From contig NC_000918.1 of the NCBI RefSeq assembly GCF_000008625.1, positions 420,001-452,000 on the forward strand: a stretch of DNA of 32,000 bases, given 5' to 3'. The position numbers and the translations under genes are program-made. Source of the DNA: Aquifex aeolicus VF5. GTDB lineage: Bacteria > Aquificota > Aquificia > Aquificales > Aquificaceae. Under the pieces are notes generated by a model that worked only from the letters and a program-made list of their open reading frames with translations, made no database searches and was not told the DNA's origin. Below are positions 8,470 to 20,090 of this stretch, piece by piece; position 1 is the stretch's first letter, and each line of letters starts with the position of its first letter.

Positions 8470-11400
8470 GCCTCCTTTATTATTTCTTCCAATCCTTCAT
8501 TTTTAAGGAAGAAAACCTCGGAAATACCTCCCCTTGCACTCACGCCTACAATCTTATCCGCAAAGGAGGTCACAACTTCTCTTAAGGTTACCACTATAAA
8601 CTGGGCTTCTTTTGACTTTTCTCTTATCAACTCACCCACTTTCTTAGCGTTAACCTCGTCAAGGTGGGCGTCTACTTCGTCAAAGTAGTAAAATGGAGAA
8701 GGTTTGTACTCCTGAAGGGCAAATATAAGAGAAAGAGCTGCTAAAGTTTTCTCCCCTCCCGACATCGCTTCGAGGTACTGGACGTCTTTCCCCCTCGGTT
8801 TTACGGTTAACTGAACACCTCCCGAAAAGGGATCTTCGGGATTGTCCAAGAACATCTGAGCTTTACCTCCCGGTGAGAGAAAAGAGAATATCCTTTTCAG
8901 GCTTTTATTTATCTGGTTAAAGGCTTCTAAGAAGACTTTTCTCTTTTTGTTTTCCGTCTCTTCTATTAACTTCTTTATAGCTTTGCTCTCTTCCTTTAGT
9001 TTTTGTTGCTTTTCTTTGTAGTCGTTAAAGCGTTTTAATTCTTCCGCGTAGTCTTCCTCCGCCCTGAAGTTCACACTCCCCAGCTTTTGTATTTCTTCCG
9101 TAACTCTTTTTAACTTCTCTTTAAGCTTGGGAATACTTTCTTCATCCGCTCCGAGTTTTAAGTCCTCGTATTCTTTAAGTTCTTCGTTTAAGTTCTCTAT
9201 TTTTTCTTCTAGTACCTTAAGGTTTTTCTCTTTTTCAAAGATTTTCTCTTTTAATTCTTCTTCTTTTATTTTTAATTTTCCGAGTTTTGATTTTAAATTA
9301 AGTATTTCCTTCTCGAGTTCTTCCTTTTGTTTTATGTAATCGTAAACCTTTACCTCTGCTTCCTTTACTTCCTGTAAGGTTTTTTCTTTAAAAAGGATCA
9401 AGTTTTCTATTTCTTTCTTTAGAGACTTTATTCTTTCCGTCAGGTACTCTCTTTCCCTTTCTTTTTCCTGTATTTCTTTCTCCAAGTATTCAAGCTCGTA
9501 GGTTTTTTTATTCAGTTCCCTTTCAATTTCGTTTAAAGACTTTTCTATTTCTGAAACCTGTTTCCTTACCTTTGAGTACTCCCTCCTCTTTTCCTCAACC
9601 CCTTCTCTGGAGTAGTGCCTCTTTATATCTCCTTCTTTGAGCTTTAAATTATTCAGCTTCTCCTCGTAGTACTCTATTTCTTCCGCCAATTCCTTTAACT
9701 TATCTTCTACATTTAAAAGCTTTTCTTCGAGTATTTTTAAGTATTCTTTTGAATTTTCGAGCTTTTCTTTAAACTTTTCTTCGTATTGCTCTAAGCCTTC
9801 AGAAGATAGTTCTTCTATTTTCCTTTCACTTACCTTTAAAAGCGCTGTCTTTTCCGAAATTAAGTTTCTTATTTCCCTTATTTTTTTCTGGATTATGCTT
9901 TCTTCATTTTTGAGCTTTTCCTCTTCTGCATTTAGTCTCTGGAGTTCTTCTTCATAGTAGCGTTTATTGAGTTCTCCCGAAGGCTTTACGGCTCCTCCCG
10001 TAATCACACCGCTTTTTTCAAAAAGCTCGCCTTCAAGCGTTACCATTCTGTAATTCCCTATACCTATTGCCTTTGCACTTTCAAAGTTTTCAACTATCAG
10101 CGTGTCTCCGAAGACGAACTTAACGACTTTCTCAAACTTCGGATCGTACTCCACGAGGTTTACCGCAAAGTCCACAGCCCCCTTTGTCCTCGGATACCTG
10201 AGAGGTCTTTCCTCAACCCTGACTCTATTCAGGGGAATAAAACTAAACCTTCCTAAGTTCATTCTCTTTGCAAGTTGTATGCACTCCTTTGCAACCTCTT
10301 CGTCTTCTACAACTATGAACTTTAGCCTTCCCCCGCCGGCTACCTCTATGGCGGTTATGTGCTCTGGATTTTTGACCCTTATAAGTTCACTTACGCTTCC
10401 GTAAACGCCTTTAATATCTTTAAAAACATCTGAAACGTCCGAAAAACTTCTTACTTCCCTTTCTATCGCACCCTTTTCCTTGAGTACTTCTTCAAGTTTT
10501 TTCCTGACTTCGCTTAATCTTTTTTCGTAAATGTTGAGTTCTTGCGTGAGATTTCTTAACTCTTCTTCTTCTTTCTTTTTAATTGCTTTTAGCCTTTTGA
10601 TTTCCTGTTCCTTTTCCTTAATTTCCTTGATTTTCTCTTCTCTTTCCGATATTAACTTGTTTATATCTTCCTTTATCCTTTCTATTTTGTTTTTTAAGTT
10701 TGCTCTTTGAATTTCTAACTCTTGTTTTTCTTTGTTAAGAGAGTTCAATTTTTCCGTTAATTTCTCCTTTTCTTCTTCAAGTTTTTTAACCTCGTCGAAG
10801 GTTATCTTTAGTCTTTCTTCTTCTTCTTCAAGTTCTCTCAATTTTTCCCTCTCAACTTCTTTTAAAGACTTATACTCTTCTTTGAGTTTTTCGAGTTCAA
10901 GTTGTAAAGTTCCTACCTCTCTTTCAAGATTTTCCTTATCACTCAAAAGGTTGTTTATTAATTCTTCAAGATTTTTAACTCTATTTTCGCTCTCTTTTAA
11001 TTCCCTTTCTTTTTCCTTTATACTCCTCTCTGCGTTTTCAATTTCCGCGGTAAACTTTCCCACTTTTTCTTTGAAGGGCATTATCTTTTCGTTTACTTCC
11101 TTTAAAAGTCTTTCTCTTTCATTTAATTCCTTTTCATTTTCCTGTATTTGGAAAGTTATATCTTCCAAACTTTCTCTCAAGGAGCTGAGTTCGTTTAAAA
11201 TTCTTTCCCTTTCTTTCAGGAGTTTTTCCTTTTCTTTTAGAAGTATTTTTGCTTCTGTTTCCCTCTTTATCCTTTGTAGTTCCTTAAATTTCTCAAGTTT
11301 TTCTTTTTCTTCCTTTAGTCTTTTCAATTGATTAGATATCTCTTCGAGTATGAGGTCTATTTCCTTTATTTTCAGTTCTACTTCCGCGAGTTCTTCTAAG

Positions 11401-11936
11401 GCTTTTTCCTTTTTCCTCTCGTATTCCCCTATTCCCGAAATTTCTTCAATTATTTTCCTCCTCTCTACGGGAGTCATCTTAAGGAACTTGACGATGTCTC
11501 CCTGATACACCACGTTGTAAGCGGTCTCGTATATACCCGCTTTTGCGAGGAAATCCTTCAAATCCCTCTCTCTTACTACCTGACCGTTTATTTTGAAAAT
11601 GCTCCTTCCGTCTTTTGAAACCTTTCTGGATATTACAACTTCTTCATCTTCTACAGGAAACGCTCCTAGGTTTTTGAAGTGAACTTCCACGTAGGCGTGA
11701 TCTGCTTTCTGACCGTTTTTGGAAAAAATTAAGTAACTTAAGTTCTTTGCCCTGAGTGCTTTTGCACTGCTAAGCCCGAGTGCAAAGGATATTGCGTCCC
11801 CTATGTTACTTTTTCCCGCACCGTTCGGGCCTACTACCGCTATAAATCCTTCACCGAGAGGTATTTCTTTCCTTTTTGTCCCGTAGGATTTAAATCCCTC
11901 CACTACTATCTTTTCTATGTACGCCCTTTTTTCCAT
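8466..11936 (-). CDS. smc: Chromosome partition protein SMC
   Basis: 1156 aa. N-terminal Walker A GPNGAGKSN, two long K/E-rich coiled coils flanking a hinge (GVYGSVSELIRV...), signature MSGGEKT and Walker B FYYFDEVDAHLD. Confidence 0.95.
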   Translation of the reverse strand: MEKRAYIEKIVVEGFKSYGTKRKEIPLGEGFIAVVGPNGAGKSNIGDAISFALGLSSAKALRAKNLSYLIFSKNGQKADHAYVEVHFKNLGAFPVEDEEVVISRKVSKDGRSIFKINGQVVRERDLKDFLAKAGIYETAYNVVYQGDIVKFLKMTPVERRKIIEEISGIGEYERKKEKALEELAEVELKIKEIDLILEEISNQLKRLKEEKEKLEKFKELQRIKRETEAKILLKEKEKLLKERERILNELSSLRESLEDITFQIQENEKELNERERLLKEVNEKIMPFKEKVGKFTAEIENAERSIKEKERELKESENRVKNLEELINNLLSDKENLEREVGTLQLELEKLKEEYKSLKEVEREKLRELEEEEERLKITFDEVKKLEEEKEKLTEKLNSLNKEKQELEIQRANLKNKIERIKEDINKLISEREEKIKEIKEKEQEIKRLKAIKKKEEEELRNLTQELNIYEKRLSEVRKKLEEVLKEKGAIEREVRSFSDVSDVFKDIKGVYGSVSELIRVKNPEHITAIEVAGGGRLKFIVVEDEEVAKECIQLAKRMNLGRFSFIPLNRVRVEERPLRYPRTKGAVDFAVNLVEYDPKFEKVVKFVFGDTLIVENFESAKAIGIGNYRMVTLEGELFEKSGVITGGAVKPSGELNKRYYEEELQRLNAEEEKLKNEESIIQKKIREIRNLISEKTALLKVSERKIEELSSEGLEQYEEKFKEKLENSKEYLKILEEKLLNVEDKLKELAEEIEYYEEKLNNLKLKEGDIKRHYSREGVEEKRREYSKVRKQVSEIEKSLNEIERELNKKTYELEYLEKEIQEKEREREYLTERIKSLKKEIENLILFKEKTLQEVKEAEVKVYDYIKQKEELEKEILNLKSKLGKLKIKEEELKEKIFEKEKNLKVLEEKIENLNEELKEYEDLKLGADEESIPKLKEKLKRVTEEIQKLGSVNFRAEEDYAEELKRFNDYKEKQQKLKEESKAIKKLIEETENKKRKVFLEAFNQINKSLKRIFSFLSPGGKAQMFLDNPEDPFSGGVQLTVKPRGKDVQYLEAMSGGEKTLAALSLIFALQEYKPSPFYYFDEVDAHLDEVNAKKVGELIREKSKEAQFIVVTLREVVTSFADKIVGVSARGGISEVFFLKNEGLEEIIKEA

Positions 11937-11950
11937 CAGATACGGATAAA

Positions 11951-12193
11951 TTATACTTCGTAAATTCTGTCAAGTAGTTCGTTAGCCTTTTCTTTGTCTA
12001 AGTTTCTCAGTTGTTTGTATACCTCCCTCGCTTTTTCAACTTTTCCCGCCCTTATGTAAGCAATTCCGAGCTTAAAAAGTAGTTCAGGATCTTTGGGATT
12101 TTTCTTTACCTCTTCTTCCAGTTCCTGGGCTAACTTCTCAACTAGCCCTTCCGCCATTTTGCTGAAAACGCCTTTTTTGCCAAACATCTTCAC
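11951..12193 (-). CDS. Small TPR-like helical protein (hypothetical)
   Basis: 80-aa ORF with an ATGA overlap to the upstream radical-SAM gene. LFKLGIAYIRAGKVEKAREVYKQL resembles one TPR unit. Confidence 0.5.
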   Translation of the reverse strand: MKMFGKKGVFSKMAEGLVEKLAQELEEEVKKNPKDPELLFKLGIAYIRAGKVEKAREVYKQLRNLDKEKANELLDRIYEV

Positions 12194-13143
12194 ACCCCGT
12201 ATTTATAAAACGGATACCTCGCACCTTGATATGTTCCCCTCCTTTCTAAGGTTTCCCTTACCTTCTGTATTACCGCATTTTTGTACTTGAAAGTACACCA
12301 CTCGGGAGCTATCAACCTCTCTTCGTCCGTTTCTCCGGTAATTCTGTGAACTACCATATCGGGCGGAAGTAGTTCTATCACGTCTGCACAGTACTCGGCG
12401 TACTCCTCAAGGGTAAGGGTTTTAAACTCTTCGTTTAAGTACTGCTTTTCCATGACCGTTCCCTTTATAACGTGAAGCGGATGTATCTTTATGCCATCTA
12501 TCGGAAGAGATGCTATGAGCTTTGCCGTTTCTATAAAGTCCTCCCTCGTTTCTCCGGGAAGTCCGATAATCATGTGTGCACACACTTTGAGGTTTCTCTT
12601 TTTCGTCCTAAGAACTGCATCCACGAAGTCGGAAACTCCATGCTGTCTGTTTATCTTCTTTAAGGTCTCGAAGTTTGCACTCTGGAGTCCGTACTCCACC
12701 CAAACCTCCAAGCCCTTGTTTGCGTAATACTCTAAAAGGTCGAGAACCTCTTCGGGAGCGCAGTCGGGACGCGTTCCCACGTCTATGCCTACAACGCCTT
12801 CAAACTTCAGGGCTGTATCGTAAACTTTTTTAAGTGTTTCTATATCCGCGTAAGTGTTCGTATAAGACTGGTAATAAATCGTAAAGTATATGTCCTCGCC
12901 GTACTTTTTCTTAGCCCTTTCAATACCTTCTTTTATTTGAACTTCTAAAGGGATTACAGGAGAAAGCATGGAAGGTTTTGAGCCGTCGTAGCAGTACGTA
13001 CAACCGCCCCTTCCCTTGGTTCCGTCTCTGTTCGGACACGTAAAGGGAAGTGCTACGGTTATCTTCTGTACCCTCTTCCCGTACTTTTCCTTGAAGTAGT
13101 CCTTAAGGGAGTAGTAGAGTCTTTGAGTCTTCACTTGAGCCAT
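12190..13143 (-). CDS. Radical SAM protein, TIGR01212 (YhcC-like) type
   Basis: 317 aa. Cys cluster FTCPNRDG...GGCTYC near the N-terminus, with length and layout typical of that subfamily (recalled). Confidence 0.7.
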   Translation of the reverse strand: MAQVKTQRLYYSLKDYFKEKYGKRVQKITVALPFTCPNRDGTKGRGGCTYCYDGSKPSMLSPVIPLEVQIKEGIERAKKKYGEDIYFTIYYQSYTNTYADIETLKKVYDTALKFEGVVGIDVGTRPDCAPEEVLDLLEYYANKGLEVWVEYGLQSANFETLKKINRQHGVSDFVDAVLRTKKRNLKVCAHMIIGLPGETREDFIETAKLIASLPIDGIKIHPLHVIKGTVMEKQYLNEEFKTLTLEEYAEYCADVIELLPPDMVVHRITGETDEERLIAPEWCTFKYKNAVIQKVRETLERRGTYQGARYPFYKYGV

Positions 13144-13159
13144 GATTTTATTAATTTAA

Positions 13160-15748
<2,589 letters not shown>

Positions 15749-15760
15749 AAAATTAATTTT

Positions 15761-15931
15761 ATGGTAGACAAAGAACTTCTCGAAATTCTCGCCTGTCCGA
15801 AGTGTAAGGGTGATTTAAAGTATGAGGAGGAAAAGGAAATCCTTATATGTGAAAAGTGTAAGGTTTATTACGAAATAAAGGAGGGGATACCTATACTTCT
15901 GCCCGAGTCTGCGAAACCTCTTTCAGGATAA
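15761..15931 (+). CDS. Trm112/YcaR-like (UPF0434) zinc-ribbon mini-protein, 56 aa; too short to appear in the ORF track
   Basis: My translation: MVDKELLEILACPKCKGDLKYEEEKEILICEKCKVYYEIKEGIPILLPESAKPLSG, stop TAA 15929-15931. It has two CxxC pairs and the family-typical LACP...GIP(I/V)(L/M)L pattern. Confidence 0.7.
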   Translation: MVDKELLEILACPKCKGDLKYEEEKEILICEKCKVYYEIKEGIPILLPESAKPLSG

Positions 15932-16256
15932 TTTCCTTTAATTCTTCTTCCCGATCCGTTGAGTAATCTGAAGGTATATCTTCTTGAAAGACCTTTTTAA
16001 AGTGAACGAACTTAACAGGTTTCCTGTACATCTTCCTGTAAGAGTAAACCATTTCCCAGTCCGCGTTGTTGTCACCGATGTAGAGTCCTTCCTGAGCACC
16101 GAGCATTTCCATACAGAGGTGAAGGGGGTAAGGGTGGGGCTTCCTTAAGTTCGGGTCTCCCACCTCGTCCTCGTCTATTATCGCTTCAAAGTACTTCCAA
16201 AGGTCAAACCTGTCAAAGAGGTACTTCAAATCCCTTCTCGGTCTTCCCGTGACCAC
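15891..16256 (-). CDS. HAD-superfamily hydrolase, C-terminal fragment (motifs II-IV)
   Basis: Begins VTGRPRR (motif II T/S-G) and contains K...GDNNADWEM (motifs III/IV). It is separated from the N-terminal fragment by an 11-bp tandem duplication. Confidence 0.7.
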   Translation of the reverse strand: MVTGRPRRDLKYLFDRFDLWKYFEAIIDEDEVGDPNLRKPHPYPLHLCMEMLGAQEGLYIGDNNADWEMVYSYRKMYRKPVKFVHFKKVFQEDIPSDYSTDREEELKEIILKEVSQTRAEV

Positions 16257-16579
16257 GCCATAACCACGCCATTTCTCTTCAAGCTTTCAAAGAACTCGGG
16301 TTTTAGTATTAACTCTTCTTTGTCTTTTAATTTGTCGTAATAGCCTTCGAAAACTTCTACGAGTTCCTTGTAATCCGGCGGTTTGTAGCCGAGGTTCTTT
16401 ATTAATTCGTAAGTAACGTCCCAGTCGTTGTTTATTCCGTTTTTAAATTTAAACTCCCGGATGTACGAAAGTTCCAGTTCTCTTCCGGTGAAGTGCTTTA
16501 TGGTTTCCTTTATTGCGTGGTGATAGGAATTCCTCACGTCTACAATTACTCCGTCCACGTCAAATATAGCTGCTTTCAT
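16226..16579 (-). CDS. HAD-superfamily hydrolase, N-terminal fragment (motif I plus cap)
   Basis: MKAAIFDVDGVIVDV is HAD motif I (DxDG). The ORF runs into the duplication at 16252-16273 and stops out of frame at 16226. Confidence 0.7.
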   Translation of the reverse strand: MKAAIFDVDGVIVDVRNSYHHAIKETIKHFTGRELELSYIREFKFKNGINNDWDVTYELIKNLGYKPPDYKELVEVFEGYYDKLKDKEELILKPEFFESLKRNGVVMAWSREDREGI

Positions 16580-17487
16580 ACCGTGAGCTCCACCTCTTTT
16601 GTTTTCTCAAGTAAGTACTGTATGAAGTTGCTCGCCAAGAAAGTGATAGTACTGTTTTTTGGATAAATTATGTGGAATCTCCTCTTTATTTCAAAACCTT
16701 TAATCTTAACGACTACTAAATTTCCCGCTTTTATTTCTCCGTTCAGTAATCCTTTAGACAGGAAAGAGCATCCGTAACCGTTTTTTACTATCTGTATTAT
16801 GTTTCTGCTGCTTGTTGATTCGATTTTTATGTTCAATTTATCGAACATTATTCCGAGTTCTTCGAGCTTTTCCCTCACGAGTTTCCTCGTTCCCGAGTGG
16901 GCTTCCCTCATAACGAGATCCAGTTCGTAAAGCCTTTCCGGTTCTATTTCTCCCTCCTTTGCTATCGGGTGTTCGGGATAAGTGAAAAATACTATCTCGT
17001 CCTCTAAAAAGGGAATATCAACGAATTTATCAGAAGGCTTTCTCTCTATTATTCCCACGTTCAGAACTCCGGAAACGAGTCCTTCTTCAACGTCGTGAGA
17101 GTTTCCCGTAAATATCTTTATCTTGGAACTTGGAAATTCCTTGTGAAATTCCGCTATTATCTTCGGGATTATGTACTCGCTGGGGGTTGCGCTGAGAACG
17201 AGGAATAGCGTATCTTTCAAATCTTTCTTTATCCTCGCTATTTCTTCCATAAGTCCTTCGTAACTGTTTAAAAGGAGTTTTGCTATTTCGTATATTCTCT
17301 TTCCCTCTTCAGTCAGGACCATCCTTCCGCCCTGTCTCTGGAAGAGTTTGGCTCCTACTGTTTTTTCCAGAGCTTTTATCTGCTGTGTTACTGCTGGTTG
17401 AGTTATGTATAAAACCTCCGATGCTTTTGAAAAACTTCCCAGCTCCGCGACGGTAACAAAAGTCTTGAGCTTAGAAATATCAATCAT
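16576..17487 (-). CDS. LysR-family transcriptional regulator
   Basis: 303 aa. N-terminal wHTH FSKASEVLYITQPAVTQQIKALE plus a C-terminal substrate-binding domain of typical length. It overlaps the HAD gene start by 4 nt. Confidence 0.9.
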   Translation of the reverse strand: MIDISKLKTFVTVAELGSFSKASEVLYITQPAVTQQIKALEKTVGAKLFQRQGGRMVLTEEGKRIYEIAKLLLNSYEGLMEEIARIKKDLKDTLFLVLSATPSEYIIPKIIAEFHKEFPSSKIKIFTGNSHDVEEGLVSGVLNVGIIERKPSDKFVDIPFLEDEIVFFTYPEHPIAKEGEIEPERLYELDLVMREAHSGTRKLVREKLEELGIMFDKLNIKIESTSSRNIIQIVKNGYGCSFLSKGLLNGEIKAGNLVVVKIKGFEIKRRFHIIYPKNSTITFLASNFIQYLLEKTKEVELTV

Positions 17488-17498
17488 CCTTATTAATT

Positions 17499-17513
17499 TT
17501 ATACCTCGGATAA
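17499..17513. promoter_or_regulatory. Candidate LysR-type box TTAT-N7-ATAA (T-N11-A class)
   Basis: TTATACCTCGGATAA lies 12 nt upstream of the lysR start. It has dyad arms TTAT/ATAA. The site is short and AT-rich, so it could occur by chance. Confidence 0.2.
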
Positions 17514-17557
17514 GAAATGTTTATGAGGGTTATAAAAAAGAAAAATGGAGAGAAAGA

Positions 17558-17938
17558 TTACCAGGTGAGAACTCTTCCCGCCTGACCGAGCGAAGGAAGT
17601 GCCTGGCTGGGTGTTAAAAGCGGTACGTCAAAGGCTAAGTCTTCCTTTGTCATTCCGTTGAGTTCTAAGGACTGGAGACATCCGACGAACTGAACACCGT
17701 TGTCCAATGCGAGTTCCATAAAGTCCTTGATGGTATTTCCTTCTTCCATGGGACGTATGCTTTCCGCAACGCCTTTCTTGAGAAGGAGTGTAGCTGGTCC
17801 GGTGAAGTACATGACCACGTTCATGTCAGCAGCAGCAGCGGTTGAAGCGAGGAAGAAAGCAGATGGAAGTCTCTTAGGATTTTCGGGACCTGTTATTAAT
17901 ATGATTACAAGATCAGCAGCTTGTTGTTGTTCGCTCAT
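17558..17938 (-). CDS. DsrE/DsrF-like sulfur-relay family protein
   Basis: 126 aa. The pattern LVIILITGP...FFLASTAAAADMNVVMYFTGP...VGCLQSL matches the DsrE-like fold with a conserved Cys (recalled pattern). An AAGGAGGTG SD precedes the ATG. Confidence 0.55.
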   Translation of the reverse strand: MSEQQQAADLVIILITGPENPKRLPSAFFLASTAAAADMNVVMYFTGPATLLLKKGVAESIRPMEEGNTIKDFMELALDNGVQFVGCLQSLELNGMTKEDLAFDVPLLTPSQALPSLGQAGRVLTW

Positions 17939-18037
17939 TCTTTCACCTCCTTAATAAGGAGTTTAATATATAAGAATGTTTAAAATCATCTAAAAAGATT
18001 TAATGGTAGTATAAACGGAACTTATAAAATACTTTCT

Positions 18038-18991
18038 TTGATGAAAATCTACTTAATGGGCTCGGACCAGAGGATAGTTAGGTGTGCGAGGGTGTCCTTT
18101 GCAAAGGACTCATATGTCGATGAAAAGAGGGACAAAAGACTCATTCGCTACCTCTTCAAGCACAGGCACGCGTCTCCCTTTGAGCACAACATCATTGCCT
18201 TTGAGTGGAAAAAGGAGAAGTGGATAGAACTCCTTTCAAAGCTGGAAAACCCTACCGTTCAGGTTTACTACTCAAATGGCTTTGTTTTTCTTAACTTAAG
18301 GAACGCTATCAACGTATGGGAACTTTTGCCCGACGCAGTCAAAGAAAGGATAAAGGAGGCTTTTCCTACCACTTACGGAGTAATTCAGCGGAGAGGGGAA
18401 ATTGAGGATGAGGAACTTTATTCCCTTCCCTACACTAAAGATAAAGCTTACGTAAAGGAAAAGATTGAGACGAGTTCTGGCTGGATCGGGCTTGTTGATA
18501 AGCTGGAACTGGAAACTGATATGGATTTTTACACTTTTGTGGTTGAATGCCCTCTTTTTGTAGCCCGTCAGTGGATGAGGCACAGGTTCGGCTCTTACAA
18601 CGAGGTTTCTAAAAGGTACGTGGGAAAGGAGTTTCTGGAATTTTATCTCCCTAAATACATAAGAAAGCAAGCGGAGAAAAACAAACAGGCTTCTGTGGAT
18701 GAACCTATTTCTGAGAGTGAAGTTTTTATAAAAAAAATAGAAAATTTGATAAGCAAAAGCGTAAAGCTCTACGAGGAGATAATAGAAAAGGGCGGTGCAA
18801 AAGAGCTCGCAAGGGGAGTGCTTCCCCAGTTTATGAAAACGAGGTTTTACTGGACCGTTCCGAGGATTTCTCTTGACAACTTCATAACCCTCAGAACTCA
18901 CGAAGGTGCACAAAAAGAGATAAGGGAATTTGCAGAAGCTATAAAGGAAATGGTAGGATACAGGGGAACTGATAAGAAGAACGTCATTTAA
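18038..18991 (+). CDS. thyX: Flavin-dependent thymidylate synthase ThyX (unusually long)
   Basis: ThyX signature RHRFGSYNEVSKRY (RHRxxSxxxxSxR), plus ARVSF...SPFEH and a C-terminal R..HEGAQ.EIR. The track start is TTG 18038. ATG 18041 is an equally likely start. Confidence 0.85.
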   Translation: MMKIYLMGSDQRIVRCARVSFAKDSYVDEKRDKRLIRYLFKHRHASPFEHNIIAFEWKKEKWIELLSKLENPTVQVYYSNGFVFLNLRNAINVWELLPDAVKERIKEAFPTTYGVIQRRGEIEDEELYSLPYTKDKAYVKEKIETSSGWIGLVDKLELETDMDFYTFVVECPLFVARQWMRHRFGSYNEVSKRYVGKEFLEFYLPKYIRKQAEKNKQASVDEPISESEVFIKKIENLISKSVKLYEEIIEKGGAKELARGVLPQFMKTRFYWTVPRISLDNFITLRTHEGAQKEIREFAEAIKEMVGYRGTDKKNVI

Positions 18992-19002
18992 AATTTGCTC
19001 TA

Positions 19003-20085
19003 TCAAGAAATCCCTTGAGTTCTTACAATTTTCTCTTTTTCGTCAACTTCAAAAATCTTTCCCAGAAACTGTTCACAAACCCATATATTTGTGAGGAGAT
19101 GCCCGGTAAACTGAGGAACTCTTATCTCACCTCCGACCAGAGCCATCAGAGGTATCAAGTGGTCCGCAAGGTGTCTGTCAACGGTGGCACCGGAGCTCCA
19201 GTCTTCGTGTAATTTTTTTACGGCCTCTGCTCCCACAACCTCTGCAAGCTTTCCCTTTTTACCCAGGTTATCCGCACCGAGAACGTTTCCTTTAGTGTCT
19301 TCAAGCCAGATGGTTATGCTCGTTCCTATTGAGTTTGCGTTTGCGTACTGTCTGTAAACCTCTGGTTCAGGGTAGCCTAAGTTTTTTAGAGCTTCTATAG
19401 CTCCCTTTGCCTGCCTTTCCGCCACTTTCCTTTCCCTTAACTCTTCGTGAGCCACGGAAAACACGTGAATTTTTCTAATCTCTCCTCTCTCAGTTCTGTA
19501 AAGGTTAACTTTATCTTTCAGGTATTCCTTCACTTCTTGTAAGTTTTCCGGCTGTTTTTCTAATTTGTTCCTTACGCTTAATTGGACAATCCCGCCACCC
19601 GCAGGGTAAAAGCCTCTCTTTAAAACTTCAAGTCTGATAAATTCGGGAACTTTGTAGATGTAGTGGAGAAATACGAACCTCACCCAGTCTATTGTCGGAC
19701 TTTTTGGTACGTCCGTTCCACCGATAACCTTTATCACTACTTCTCCGGGAACGAAAAGGGAGAGCGGAAGAATGGTTTGCAAGAAAAGAGGAATAGAACC
19801 TGCGGTGTCAAAGTTCACTTCGTAATAACCCGGTTTTAACTTTTGAGGTTTGTATTCAAGCTCAATAGAGCCGAGTTCGTCTCCCTTCACCTTTGCCTTT
19901 GCAAATCTTTTGAGAAGTTTTACTATGTTTAGGTGTTGTCTCTTGAGTCCAGGTTTTTCCCTTTTTGCCCTTATGTTGTAAATCCTTACGGGAACCTGTA
20001 GGAGTGTGCTTAAAAATAATGCCGTTCTTACTATCTGCCCTCCGCCTTCTCCGTACGAGCCGTCAAGCTCCAGAAACTCTCCCAT
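19003..20085 (-). CDS. rtcA: RNA 3-prime-terminal phosphate cyclase
   Basis: 360 aa. N-terminal [20 protein letters not shown] and the catalytic-His region [10 protein letters not shown] are typical of RtcA. Confidence 0.88.
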
Positions 20086-20090
20086 CTCCC

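Noticed and set aside
9127-11331. Plus-strand ORFs of 70-199 aa (very S/F/L-rich) inside the smc gene
   Set aside because: They are the antisense reading of GAA/AAG/GAG-rich coiled-coil codons (TTC/CTT/CTC). They have low-complexity composition and no start context, and they lie wholly inside a well-supported 1156-aa gene.
8466-11936. The SMC-like ATPase as part of a defence system (Lamassu/Wadjet-type)
   Set aside because: It is full-length (1156 aa) with a canonical hinge and head motifs and has no associated nuclease or kleisin-like defence partners. It sits in a housekeeping operon, so it is the chromosomal SMC.
18296-19006. 236-aa minus-strand ORF antisense to thyX
   Set aside because: It overlaps a gene with an unambiguous ThyX signature. 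Its translation has no recognisable motif and an odd F/Y/L/R-rich composition, so it is most likely a chance open frame.
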